A stretch of DNA of 62,950 bases, counting the filler, from Ministeria vibrans ATCC 50519 (Eukaryota > Protista > Filasterea): NCBI GenBank assembly GCA_943704425.1. It is 6 parts of 6 records of this genome, joined end to end, with 100 filler letters (N's around TTAATTAATTAA, not from the genome) between each part and the next. Parts side by side here need not be neighbours in the genome. Positions count along the whole stretch, not along the records: positions 1 to 17,196 come from CALSCP010002697.1; positions 17,297 to 31,669 come from CALSCP010001009.1; 4 more parts are not named here. One strand, 5' to 3'. A program made the translations under genes and the position numbers. The notes beneath the pieces are model-generated. The model ran no database searches. It worked only from the letters and a program-made list of their open reading frames with translations, and was not told the DNA's origin. This document shows, one piece after another, positions 1 to 22,479 of this stretch. The stretch's first letter is position 1. Every line of letters begins with the position of its first letter.

Positions 1-51
1 CTCACCATTTGACCGGTTCAATTCTTTTTTTTTTTTTGTTTTTTTTTTCAG

Positions 52-576
52 GGCGCACTTTCGTTGCAACGGACATTACCCAATGCACGGTACGTTGCAG
101 TACATGTGCACTCGTGGGATCAACTGCGAGAGCGAGTAAAGCAACGAGACGGGGCAGCGGAAGCACAAGCAGATCGGCTGAGTGTTGCAGAGGAGAACAA
201 GTTCCGCAAAGCGTATGATGAGCACTACTTTGATGCTGTTGTGGTGAACAACAATGCATCGTCGCCTGTGGATGCCTATCGGCAGTTGAGAGCTGCTGTG
301 GCCAATCAGAACACAGCATCTCGGGCTGTCACTGCACCCAAAGTCAGCCCCCGTCCTCTTTCTCTTCCTTTTATATCCCCACCCAGCTATTCTCAGGACG
401 TGACTCTTTCTCATTCTCACTTCCCTCCTCCACCTCTCCGTCGCTCTGTCTCGCCCTCGTTTTCCGATGACGACTCATTCGACATGTCTGATATGCGGGC
501 GGACTCGACGTCGATTCTCCGCAAATCGACCTCGGGTCTTCATCCGCGTTCCTTTCAGCCAACCATAGTAGAGTAA
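52..576 (+). CDS. 3' part of a guanylate-kinase-like (GuK/MAGUK-type) domain protein; 5' end outside the window, 3' end may continue through further exons to ~791
   Basis: A polypyrimidine/AG acceptor at 50-51 is followed by GALSLQRTLPNARYVAVHVHSWDQLRERVKQR...YFDAVVVNNN...AYRQLRAAV, resembling the C-terminal half of GuK domains (GxxxLk...fIxppSxeeLrxRl...fDxvivNd...ayxxLxxxi), then a Ser/Pro-rich tail. Confidence 0.5.
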   Translation, partial: GALSLQRTLPNARYVAVHVHSWDQLRERVKQRDGAAEAQADRLSVAEENKFRKAYDEHYFDAVVVNNNASSPVDAYRQLRAAVANQNTASRAVTAPKVSPRPLSLPFISPPSYSQDVTLSHSHFPPPPLRRSVSPSFSDDDSFDMSDMRADSTSILRKSTSGLHPRSFQPTIVE

Positions 577-993
577 ACATGAATATTATTACTCCATTTT
601 GTAGTATAATTCTGCGCTGCTTTATCTGTTCCCTGAAAACCCCGTACAATTATAATAAACAAAAATATGAATCTTCTCTCACCCTAGCCCTCAAAACAGC
701 AGCGAGCTGTCAACCAAATTTGAACCAATTTATGCAAGATGCAAGACAACACCCAAGGACGATACTATATAGAGTGAGTCAAGGACTCTAAAAGTACGTA
801 GCCTCGATTATAGAAGTGGCTCTGTAGATACATTCAGTTTCGACAGTTAGTGGCCCTAAGCTGAAATAGCTGTTTATGTAATCACAGTTCAAAAGAATCA
901 CAAAAGAATCCACACCAATCTGACTGGGTTGATGAATGATGAGTGACGTTGATTATTTTCTATTGAGCTTGATCACATTATTCTTTTGCTAGG

Positions 994-9407
<8,414 letters not shown>

Positions 9408-9794
9408 TGTACAATTGTGTATTGCTTTATTGATTTTGTGTGTTAATAATAAATATTTTCTCGAGTATTACTCTTATGTACTTTTTTTTACTAATAAATC
9501 GTTCCTTTCGAGTGATTTGACCGAGTACAAATTATCTTGAGCGTTTTAAAATAAAATTTATTAGTGGTGTTCTGAGTTATAAATTAACTACCAATGAAAA
9601 TTATTGAAAAAGAAGAATGCATTTCTGTCAATCACAAACATATGCTGAAGAAGAAGAAGAAGAATTACCAAACCCTCAATATAATACTAATTAAAATAAT
9701 AATTCCAAAGTTTTGTTAAAAATTTTGGTTTTATGAAAAAAAAATGATTACTTTTTGATCAGTCTTATTCAGTCATTCATTTTGATTTTTGAAC

Positions 9795-11908
<2,114 letters not shown>

Positions 11909-11949
11909 TGACTGACCACACTAGATCAGAATAAAGTATTTTATTTTCG

Positions 11950-13383
11950 ATGCCTTCTCTTTCATCTCTTCCTTTTGATATCATCGCCCTTCTTGTGGAA
12001 CATCTTGATCCTGAGTCTGCAGTTGAGTTTGCTGCGTCCTTTGCGACTGCAGCCGATGCAGTGCGCTCCGTCGGATGGAGAAGCTACCGGCACGTCCAGC
12101 CCGACTCCCCGGCGTCTGTTCGCGCTATGGAGTCGCTGCTGCTTCGGCAAGACGCACACAGTGTGTGGCACAAGCACGCAATACGGCCGCTCTATGCCGC
12201 CTTTGACGTTCACAGAGTGTTCAGACACGACGCGTTCGTGTTTGCCTTTCCTCTCACACTCCGAGTGCTTTCGCAGCAGCCAACGGTCACTGGCGAGACC
12301 CTGCATGCCATAGCTGATTGGTTCGACACGAAAGCAAAGTATGAGCGCGCCATTGAGTTCTACCAACGTGCGCTGGAGCTCAAGGAGCAAACGCACGGCA
12401 GTCAGCACCAAACCACAGGCGACACACTGAACGACATGGCGAATGTATTCCAGGCTCAGGCGGAGTACGCTCGCGCCCTTGAGTACTATGGGCGAGCTCT
12501 TGCTGTCTATGAGCTGTCGCTGGGCGTGGATCATTCCAGTGTGGGCGACACCTTGAATAATATGGCTAATGTGTTTGAGGCACAAGCTGAGTACTCTCGC
12601 GCTCTCGCGTTCTACGAGCGTGCGCAAGCCATCTATGAAAAGTCTTTCAATCACAATCACCCTTCCGTAGGCGGGGTTTTAAACAACATTGCCGGTGTGT
12701 TTGAGTCGCAAGGAGACTACGCGCGTGCGCTTGAATTCTATCGTCGGTCATTGCGCATCAAACAAGAGACGTTGGGTTGCAGACACCTGCACACAGGCGC
12801 CACACTGAACAACATGGCCATCGTGTTCAAGGCACAGGGGGACTACACACGTGCGATCGAGTACTTCGAGCAAGCTCTGCCCATCTACGAGCAGAGTCTG
12901 GGTCGTCCCGACCATCCGTACATAGGCGAGACACTTCACAACACCGCAACGACACTCACAGCTCTGTGTGACTTTGCTCGTGCCCGCCCTCTCTTTGAGC
13001 ACGCGTCTACACTCTATCGACAGTCTCTTCCCGAGGTTCACCCAGCCGTCGCAGAGCTTCTGCACGATCTGTCTATTTTCCACTTGGCGCAACAGCAGCA
13101 CAGCCTCGCCCTAGACCATGCCCAGCGTGCCCTCATCATGCGTCGCCAGACCCTTCCTAGTGCCCACCCTGACATTGCATACTCACTCCACGCCCTTGCT
13201 GACGTTCACATTGCTATGGGTGATCGCGCACAGGCTCTCGACTTGCTGACTCAGGCAGAGTCCATTCTCGTCTCGACCTTTGCTGAAATAGCCCAACAGC
13301 ACCCAAAATTCAAACAGTTGCTCGAGAGTAAACGTGTCGCGCTTTCCTTGATCGTGGAACCTTCCGGATTTACGTCACCCTAA
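11950..13383 (+). CDS. Intronless F-box-like + 42-aa TPR (kinesin-light-chain/NPHP3-type) repeat protein
   Basis: N-terminal LSSLPFDIIALLVEHLD is F-box-like; repeats HxxxGxTLNNMAxVFxxQxxYxRALExYxRAL with 42-aa period. Confidence 0.85.
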   Translation: MPSLSSLPFDIIALLVEHLDPESAVEFAASFATAADAVRSVGWRSYRHVQPDSPASVRAMESLLLRQDAHSVWHKHAIRPLYAAFDVHRVFRHDAFVFAFPLTLRVLSQQPTVTGETLHAIADWFDTKAKYERAIEFYQRALELKEQTHGSQHQTTGDTLNDMANVFQAQAEYARALEYYGRALAVYELSLGVDHSSVGDTLNNMANVFEAQAEYSRALAFYERAQAIYEKSFNHNHPSVGGVLNNIAGVFESQGDYARALEFYRRSLRIKQETLGCRHLHTGATLNNMAIVFKAQGDYTRAIEYFEQALPIYEQSLGRPDHPYIGETLHNTATTLTALCDFARARPLFEHASTLYRQSLPEVHPAVAELLHDLSIFHLAQQQHSLALDHAQRALIMRRQTLPSAHPDIAYSLHALADVHIAMGDRAQALDLLTQAESILVSTFAEIAQQHPKFKQLLESKRVALSLIVEPSGFTSP

Positions 13384-13822
13384 CAAAAATTAATATTACA
13401 GGAGCACTCATAATTATTTTATTATTATTGTTTCAATCAAGGAATTTTTTTCACTCATTTTAGTCATTAATTAGTATTTCTTCTTCCCTTTCACATTGCC
13501 TCTTACAAAAGCAAAAGTCGGGTACATTTCACGCCGCACAGCTAGCGACGTACCCATATCACGACCATCGCTTTTGTCCGTATCTGTCATGGCCTCCTAC
13601 GGGTTTACAACGCCCTCGATTGCATGAGACCTGTCGTGCACAAGGTTCACCACTGCTTCACGATCTCACTGTATCACATTTAAAAGCTGTGAGAAAGTCG
13701 CATTGAGGCAGCCAGAACTTCGTACGCTACCGTCAATACTTCAAAAACACTCGAAGAACAAAGCTTAATTTTTCTAGTAGTGTACTGCAAGGAAAACGAA
13801 AACGAAATAACAGCGCGCACAG

Positions 13823-14156
13823 TTACGACTTCTCAGCGGCTTCTACAAACACACACACACGCACACGCACACACGAAAAAAGTCAGAAAAGACAAAAAAA
13901 AATCCCATAATAGATCAATAAGACATCACAGGATGCGTCATTGCTTGATAGGCTTTGATTTTTTTTTTTTTTGACGGGTACCTTCTGCGCGTTTTCGGGC
14001 GGCTTCCTCTCTGCGCTTCTTGACAACGGCCAAACGGGCAAGGTCCGCCTTGGCCTGGTCTGTCTTGCCTGCACGCGACAGTGCCTCGTAGCGAGCCGCA
14101 GCATCCACCTTCTCCTTTGCTTCACTAAGAGTTGAGTGAGAGAGTGTGTGGTGCGG

Positions 14157-14189
<33 letters not shown>

Positions 14190-14622
14190 TAAAGCCAGAG
14201 AGAGAGAGAAACAAAGTGATAGAGCCAGAGAGAGAGAGAAACAAAGTGATAGAGACAGAGAGAGAGAGAAGTATACATGGTGAGAGTGTGTGGGACATAG
14301 TGCATCTCCTTCCTTTCACTTCCCTACCGCTCTCGTCGAGTCATCTCCTGTGGTTTCCTCACTTCGTTCACATCGAGGTTCTTCATCTTCTTGTGCACTG
14401 TGTGCGCTGCTTTCGCATTGGGATTCGCCGTCTCAATCAGCCCACTGACTCCCTTGGCCTTCTACAAGCACAACGCACAATCGGTCTCAGTCAAACGTCT
14501 CACGTCGAGTCCTTCGCGCGCTTTCTGTCTCTCTCCCTCTCTCCCTTAGCCTACCACTTCCCTCTCTTCCTCCGAGTCGGACTCTTCGCTCTAAAATCAA
14601 ACAAACAATCGAAATCAGGTCA

Positions 14623-14659
<37 letters not shown>

Positions 14660-14913
14660 AAAAAAGAAGGAAATAATTCGTTTTGCGCTCTCACGTCCGA
14701 ATCCTCAGACTCGTCATCGTCGTCGTCATCGTCATCGTCGTCGTCGTCGGCGCCCTTCTTGCGTCGGCGCTTCTCCCACTCCGCCTCGGCACTGTCGCCC
14801 GTCTCCGCGTTGGCCGTAAATTCGCGCGTTTGGTGCTTGTTCTTGTTCAGCTTAGCTCCCTTCTTGGCCGGGCCCTCCGCCTTGCCCCCTCTTCCTCCTC
14901 GCTTCGGTGGCAT
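13823..14913 (-). CDS. PDAP1: PP28/PDGFA-associated protein 1 family (28-kDa heat- and acid-stable phosphoprotein)
   Basis: Spliced: [10 protein letters not shown]...acidic tract...[15 protein letters not shown]...EMTRRERE...[35 protein letters not shown]. Confidence 0.9.
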
Positions 14914-15054
14914 CGTCTGCTTGTGTTCGGAACTGCTTCAAACAAATTAATGTGCTTGACTTGCTTCTACTCAATGAGGAACGGTCGATCATTAGTTGGA
15001 CGATCACGGACTGAAGGAATTGAGCAATCAAATAAATTGACTTAACAATATAAA

Positions 15055-15906
15055 ATGGCACTGAGTGTACTGTATTGCAAGGTGTGCACCATGCCACCCG
15101 AGTACTGTCCTCATGGTCCGGCTCCCGACAAGTGCAAAGCATGGCTTCAAGAGAACGAGCCGGAAATGTTTGGAGCCATTTACGAAGGTTCATCAACACG
15201 CGATTTTGTCTCCTTCTCAGTAGTTTCGACGCGTAGGCGCACCCACGAAGGAGAAGAAGAAGGCCAAGGCGTCCAGTGAGAAGGCTGGCGGGGCAGATGA
15301 CGGCGAGGGCGACGAGGACGAAGGCAAACACGACGAAGACAACGACGACGACGACGACGACGACGACCAAGGCACCAAGAAGAAGCGCAAGGGTGCGAAC
15401 CAATCCCGCTCTCTGTCCTCCTCCCCACCCTCCTCCTCCTCTATCTCCACCGTCTATCTCACCCACTTGCTTCTCTACGTCTTAGCAAAAGCGCCAAAGC
15501 TCAAGGCAGCACAGGCAACGGCCAAGGCCGCCGTCACAGTACGTCGAGTGCAACGACAGAAACGCAAATATGTCACTGTCGTTGCCGGACTGAAAACTTG
15601 CGGTAAACGACGAGATACACCAATCATTGTAATAATCTCTCACTCATTCACACACACTGCCTTTATTCCACTAGGTGTGGAGACGAAAAAGGCCAGCAAA
15701 GCCTTCGCAACACACTTCAGTTGCAGCGCGTCCATCACACAACCCGACGAAGTACCACAAGAATAGCCTTACACTCACTCACTTACTCACTCCTTGTTTT
15801 ATTATTTCAGATTTCGATTCAGGGTGATGTGGTGGAAGACCTTATTGCGTATCTCGAGAAGAAGTTTGAAATTTCGCCCAAGTGTGTCACTCGATTGGAA
15901 AAGTAA
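15055..15906 (+). CDS. DENR: Density-regulated protein/TMA22 (zinc-binding N-terminus + SUI1 domain)
   Basis: VLYCKVCTMPPEYC...KCKAWL; VTVRRVQRQKRKYVTVVAGL; KKASKAFATHFSCSAS; ISIQGDV. Confidence 0.93.
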
Positions 15907-15958
15907 TGCAAAGAGAGCAAAAGTGGAATTGTATACAACCAAAAAAAAAAGTATTACA

Positions 15959-17033
15959 TTACTGTGCGTCGAGAGTGGAATACGCGTCGGCAATGAGGGA
16001 GAGGCCGTCGGGGGCAACAAGAAGATCATTGAGAATGAGACGCGAGTGGGGAGTGCAAAGGAAAGGAGCGACGACACAGGAAGGACGGATGGCGATGGGT
16101 AGAAGAGGGGACGCGTCAGCGTCCGTGCTGTTGGTCGGTTGGAGAAGGTGTGTGTGCTGTTGGGAGTCTGCGGGTGACGTGGCAGAGATGGTGGCGGAAA
16201 GGGAGATGCGAGTGGAAGGAGTGAGTTGGTGCATATCGGGAGTGATGAGGAGAGTGGGGGGAGACGGCAGGGGAAGAAAAGTCTCAACAGTGCAGGGGTG
16301 AAGGCGAGTGCTGGCGGGAACGACACTGAGAATGTAAATGAAGGTCTGTTGCAGTGCAGGTTGATGAAGTACGGAGGTCAGTAAAGAGGTGGATGTGGCG
16401 TGTGGCGTGACGTTGACACGGTGGCGAATGCGGAGGCTCGTAAGACGCACGGCCGTGTCGGCGCCCGAGAGCACGCGCAACCACTGAGTGGCAGTGCGGT
16501 CACTGTTCTCATTACTCACACTGCCCTGCTCGGCAATGTTCGATGGTACGTCCACGAAGCAAAAGAAGCCCGACACATCTTGCAGCAACAGTTGCCAGCC
16601 ATAGCCATTGTGGGCGGCGGCGGTGCCATTCCAGCGACGCAACACACGCTGGACACGCGCCTCGACCGAGACAGTGCCGGCCACGGCAGAGCCAATTGCC
16701 GCAATGGGCAACACAGGCACCAGCGGTTTCTCCTTGTTCCCTTCATCACCGTCGTTGTCTTCGTCCTCCGTTGCCGCAGTCGTCGCTGTTGATGATGTTG
16801 TGTCGGCAAATAGACGTTTGGGACGCATGAGTGGCCGACCACCCGCTCGGTCAGCGCCGCCACACTGCTGGTCGCCAACCGACACAACGCGACCTCGCGT
16901 GAGCACAGGCGACGCCAGACGACGCGAGTAGAGCCCGCGTGGTGATGAGAATGTAAGCGAGGCCGAAGTACCCCGGTAGAAGCGACTAAACACAATTGAC
17001 TGCTTCGCATTTTGTCGCGGTCGGAACGTGAGC
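15959..17033 (-). CDS. OB-fold protein, SPIDR (DUF4503)-like; 5' part lost at the contig break
   Basis: VSVEARVQRV, QLLLQDVSGFFCFVDV and W...LRIRHR...SLL...FIYILS recall SPIDR OB folds (LLVQDACGMF...CYIL). Acceptor at 17034-35. Confidence 0.5.
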
Positions 17034-17093
17034 CTGTAAAATGATGGTAACAAAAAACATAGTAGAAAAAAAATTAGTACTCTCTATTAATAA

Positions 17094-17196
<103 letters not shown>

Positions 17197-17296
17197 NNNN
17201 NNNNNNNNNNNNNNNNNNNNNNNNNNNNNNNNNNNNNNNNTTAATTAATTAANNNNNNNNNNNNNNNNNNNNNNNNNNNNNNNNNNNNNNNNNNNN
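17197..17296. other. Artificial contig spacer N44-TTAATTAATTAA-N44 (also at 31670-31769, 48689-48788, 51384-51483, 60316-60415)
   Basis: Identical 100-nt linkers carrying stops in all six frames. Confidence 0.97.
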
Positions 17297-17479
17297 CCAT
17301 GGCGTCCGCTACAGAATATTCGTTTTTTTTTTTTTTTTCTTTTTCCTATTGTTAACCCTTCGGTTCGTTTGTTTCGTCTGTTTGGGCGCGACTCTCCCTT
17401 CCACACACACACACACGCACACTGCACCCCCTGCACCATGTGACCCACCCCAAACATACCCTTGCCCTGTTTTCGCTCT

Positions 17480-17531
<52 letters not shown>

Positions 17532-17678
17532 GGTGAAGTGTCGCAAGCAAAAAAAAAAAAAATACGTCTCCTTCAGTCGCCACAGCCGCATCGCCGCCCT
17601 ACACCCATTCAAAAGAGTTCATCATCAAACTCAAACTGCTTCCCTTTGGATGGGCGCGTGTGTGTTTGTCTGTGTTAG

Positions 17679-20600
17679 GCTTCAAGCAGTGTGAAGAAGG
17701 CTGTCAAGTTGCGTCTGCTGACCGTCGTGGGTGGCTCGCCGCTCACCGAAGCGCACGTCCCCACCTTTGACAAGGACCCCGCTGCATTGGCCGCTGCGGC
17801 TGCTCGTCGTCCTCCTCCCGACGAAGAACTTGCCGAGCTTGTCGACGATCTCTTGGTAGCGGGAAGTGCACTGGTCTTGTCGCCTCTTATCTTCCTTGTG
17901 CATATGTCTTTCTGCTTTCTTCTTAGGACCAACTCGATGTGCCGGATGGTCCTCGTGAGGAAATGAGAGAGTACTCGAGCTCGAAAAAATGGGACTTGTA
18001 CCAGACACATTTGTTGATGAGCCACTCAGGACGACCCGACGAACAACCCGCTTACTATGTGGAGCGTCTGCGATCGTTGCGCGCCGTCATTGCTAGTGAT
18101 GTTGGCGGCTACATGGGTACTCGTGAGCAGGAGCAGTTCTTGGATCTGTCCATCTCGTGCAGCGGGCTACAGGTGGCGCTACGCACCCGTTCCATTGCGT
18201 GGGTACGACAGTTCATCGAGGTCGATGGTCTCGTCGTGTTGCTCGAGTCGTTGCGCAAAATGAGCGATTCGGTGCGCAACAATGCCATCCACTTGGACCT
18301 ATTGCTGTCGCTCAAGTCGCTCATGAACACCGAGACGGGCTGTGCGGCAGTCGTCGAGAACGACATCTCCGTCGCCCTGATTGCTCGCTCACTCTGCACC
18401 TCACTCACACGCGTCAAGACCATTGTGCTCGAGATTTTGGGCGCCATCTGTCTCATGCCGGGCGGTACGCGTCGTGTTCTTTCGGCCTTTGACGAGCTGC
18501 GCCGCCACCTCAACGAGCGTGCTCGCTTCCAGACCCTTGTCGCAGACATGACCCTCGAACGCGCTTCGCCCATTCACTCGCTCAGCCACAAAATTGCCGG
18601 AATGGCTCTCATCAATGCACTCATCTGCAGTGGTCCCGGCAAGAATGACCTTGAATTTCGCGTGCACATTCGCTACGAGTTTATTATGCTCGGCCTCGAC
18701 GAACTCATCGACCATCTGCAGCAGTATGACGATCTTACGCTCGACACCCATCTCGAGTTCTATGAAGAGATGGAAAACAACGACACGGAGACACTCGCGG
18801 AGCGCTTGCAAGTTTCAGACGTAATTGAAATCACGACACAATCGCCTTTTTCACACGTCTCTCTCTCTCTCTCTCTCTATCACTTTGTTTCTTTGTTTCT
18901 CCTCTCTCTCTATCACTTTGTTTCTTTCTTTCTCCTCTCTCTCTCTCTCTTTTTACGTATCCCTATCTCGTTTTAGGAACTTGACTTGGACGACCTTGGC
19001 TCGTCGCTACCCGCTCTGCAAGAGACGCTGAGTATGTCACCGGCCAATCAACACTTTGTTTCGCTCATTAAGCACCTGCTGCTCTTTCCGCTGGACCCGT
19101 CCGATCGTCGTGCGACCATGTTTGAGATTGTCGACCGTCTCGCGGCGCAGTTGGCACTTCAACGTGAAGGTATCGATCCCGACGTAGTCGACGTGCAACT
19201 GTCGGTGGAACAGTGCATTGGAGCGGTTGTGTCGCAAAACGAACTCATGTCGGTCAAGGAGGAGCTTGCGGTGTCGCAGGCCAAGGTGACCGCGCTCGAC
19301 CAGGAGTTGCAGGCGCTCAAGTTGGAGGCAGACGGACTGCGTCGCAAGCGTGACAAGGTGCTGCGTCAGTCGGAGGCACTCAAGGGCGAAATGGTTGAGC
19401 TGGTGACCAAAGAGGCGCAGCGTCACGACCTGCTCGAAAAGGATCTCATCAAGGTCAAGGCGGAGCTCGATGCGGCACGCAAGATTATTGCCGATGGTGC
19501 CTTTGCCTCGGCCGAAGCCTCTGCCATCGCCGCAAGTGCACCCCCCGCCGACGGAGCCGGTGGCCCACCACCACCACCACCCCCACCTGGCATGGACGGC
19601 GGCCCAGGGGGTCCTCCACCACCACCGCCCCCGCCTGGCATGGACGGCGGCCCAGGTGGTCCTCCACCACCGCCACCGCCTCCCGGTGGTGGTCCAGGTG
19701 GTCCTCCTCCACCCCCGGGCGCCGGACCCCCACCGCCGTCGGGTCCTCGACTGCCCGAACGCAAACGTCCCAAGGCGGTTGTGCCGCTCAAGGCACTCAA
19801 CTGGATGAAGCTGCCCGAGAACAAGATTGAGCAGACAGTCTGGTTTAAGATGGACGACACCAAGGCGGTGGGCAAAGTCGACTTGGACGAGCTGCAGACA
19901 CTGTTCGCGTCGCAACCGGTTGCTTCCTCGATGGGCGGTGGTGGTGCCGGTGGCAGTGGTGGGGATAGGGGCGGAAGCAGCGTGGGATCGGGCGAAGCGA
20001 AGCCAGAGAAGGAGAAGGAGTTGACGCTGATTGATCCGCGAAAGGGACAGAACATTGCGATTATGGTGAAGCGCATGCGTCTGTCGACCGAGACCATTGT
20101 GGATGCAGCGCGACGGTGTGACGCCAACGTACTCGACAGCGAGGCGTGCGAGATGCTTGCAAAGTACATTCCCGAGCCGGAAGAGCGCGAGTTGCTCGAG
20201 GCACATGCCGACGAGAAGGATCGTTTTTCGCTGGCTGACAAGTTCATGCATGAGGTGTCGCAGCTGCCACGTTACGGCCAGCGCATCGACTCCATGCTCT
20301 TCAAGGCTCAGTACGCCGCCAAAATTGCCGAGCTTCAGCCGCACTTGGATGCGCTGCGTCACGCGACCGAACAGGTGCGCAACAGTGCACGCTTCCGTCG
20401 TGTCCTCGAGTTTGTCCTGCTCTTTGGCAACATGATGAACAAGGGTGCGCGCGCTGGTGCCTATGGATTCCGTCTGGGCTCGCTGGCCAAGCTCAAGGAC
20501 ACGCGGTCGTCCGCGCAGCCCTCCATGAACCTGCTGCACTATCTTGTGTCGACGGTGGACAAGCGCGAGCCGGACACGTCCAAATTTGTCATGGACCTTT

Positions 20601-21722
20601 CGTCGACGGCTCGCGCCAGCAATGCTATTGTCTCGCAGATTGAGAGCGAAGTCAACATGCTCAAAAAGGGTAAAAACTCATAAATTATTAGTATTATTAT
20701 TATTATTTCTTATATTATTAATAATGATTAATAATAATTATTTTTATTGTGTGTTTATGTGATTCTGGGTAGGAGTGGACGACATTCAAAAGGAGCTGCA
20801 GTGGCACGTCCTGAACCCGCTTGAAGGAGGCGAAGTGGACCCTTTTGTTTCGTCAATGAAATTATTTGCCGACGATGCCGAGCAGGAGTGCCGCGCCATG
20901 AAAGATGATCTTACGGGTCCGAAATGAACATATTTTTGGTCCAAAAAATAACTCAACCTTCTTTGTTTTGTAGCGATTTCGGCGGATTGTGTGTCGCTTT
21001 TGGCGAGCTATGGCGAGGACGAGCGACAGACAAAGGTCGAGGAGTTTTTTGGGATGATCAGTCGCTTTTGCACGGCGTACACTGATGCGCGCAAGGAACT
21101 CGATGCCATTCACGCCAAGGAGAAGGCTAATGCTAAGCGTGCAGAGGAGCAGGCAAAGGTACGCAAGCGAACAACCACAATGGCAGCAAGACCCGTCAAG
21201 ATGGGTTGAAATTCAGAGTATGTGTGCTTATGTATGTTTGTGGTTTTCGTGCTAGGTTGCAGCACGGAAGCAGGCACAAAAGGGCGCAAAGTTGGGCGGA
21301 TCGGGTGCAGGAAAGCGCAGCAACGCTGGCGGCCACTTTGACGAACTCATCAGGTACAGACACAAAACATGCAAATCTAACAATAATAATTCATTATTTT
21401 CACCTGTTTTTTTGAAGTTCGTTGAAGAGTGGTGATGCGTACGGAGCAAATCTGGCGCAGTCGAGGACCAAAGGCAATGACGCACCATCGAGGTCAGCCC
21501 ACACACACTCTTGCTTTCACTTTCAACCACACGCACAAACGCCCACTTTGACTTACACTCACATCCACATCGACTTACATCCACTCACTCTCTTCTTTCC
21601 TCTTTCTTCTCAGTCGACGGATGAGACTGAAGAAGCGCGAGTCAACCATTGACTCGTCTTCTTCAAGTGGTCCAATTGTGCATAAGATTACGCGCAACAA
21701 ACCTGGTTCTTCCAATATTTAG
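17679..21722 (+). CDS. Diaphanous-related formin, DAAM-like (GBD/FH3-coiled coil-FH1-FH2-DAD); true start uncertain
   Basis: ALRTRSIAWVRQF, ERARFQTLV, FRVHIRYEF (GBD/FH3); poly-Pro FH1; FH2 LKALNWMKL, IDPRKGQNIAI, GNMMNKG...AYGFRLGSLAKLKDT; DAD-like GHFDELISSLKSGDAY; stop TAG 21720-22. Confidence 0.93.
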
Positions 21723-21858
21723 CCTCTTGCTATCTCGCCCACATACTCTTCTTCTCTCTGTTCGTTTCTATCATTAATACACTCTATCTATTGTTTTTGT
21801 TCTGCATTCTTATAATAATTATAATTATAATAGTATTATCATTATTGATTACAAATAC

Positions 21859-22335
21859 TTACAAGGTTGTCTCATCAAGACAGGACATCTCAATGTTGGC
21901 ACCATTGTCCTCTGCAGTGGACTGGCGCCCAAGCAACAGACTGGACGGCTGAACATGCTCATCATCGTCGTCGGTGGGCGGGGAACGCTTGAAAAGCGAT
22001 GCGGCTGCGGCTGCTGCTGACTGTTGTGGTTGTGGTTGTCGTTGTGGTTGTGATTGTGATTGTTGTTGTTGTTGTGGTAGTGGTGCTGATGTAGCTGACT
22101 CGCTCCTGTTGTTGCGACTGAGACGGCCAAAGAGAGAGCGACGAGTGCGCACCAGTGAGTCTGAGCTGCCATTTGCGCGCTGTTGTTGTTGTTGCTGCTG
22201 CTGCTGCTGCTGCTGTTGCTGCTGCTCTGTCCTCTCGTCCTTCTTTTGTTGGTTCTGTTGTTGCACAATGGTCCTTGCGACTGTACTCGTCTGTGAACTC
22301 ATGTACAGCTTCATTTGCACAAGTTGTTCGCGCAA
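21859..22335 (-). CDS. Orphan terminal exon, Gln-rich, ending ...LDETTL* (class I PDZ-binding motif); upstream exons absent
   Basis: AG acceptor just upstream, CAG/CAA tracts, then a stop. Not homologous to the P5CDH C-terminus that should follow. Confidence 0.45.
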   Translation of the reverse strand: MREQLVQMKLYMSSQTSTVARTIVQQQNQQKKDERTEQQQQQQQQQQQQQQQRANGSSDSLVRTRRSLFGRLSRNNRSESATSAPLPQQQQQSQSQPQRQPQPQQSAAAAAASLFKRSPPTDDDDEHVQPSSLLLGRQSTAEDNGANIEMSCLDETTL

Positions 22336-22350
22336 CTACCCATTCAAGCA

Positions 22351-22395
<45 letters not shown>

Positions 22396-22479
22396 GTCAT
22401 GGACACAACAACCATTCACACACACGTATAATAATACTAATTAGAATAACTATGTACATAGGGACATAATTCAACTTAC

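Noticed and set aside
13552-13595. SECIS-like ATGA...AAA...GA on the minus strand
   Set aside because: Helix II does not pair, and the upstream PDAP1 has no in-frame TGA.
17197-17296. TTAATTAATTAA palindrome inside N runs (five times) as a biological motif
   Set aside because: Identical 100-nt six-frame-stop linker added during contig concatenation.
19037-20539. Long antisense ORFs (also 27017-27793, 36853-38883, 40697-42046)
   Set aside because: Shadows of GC3-rich coding sequence on the opposite strand; no recognisable motifs.
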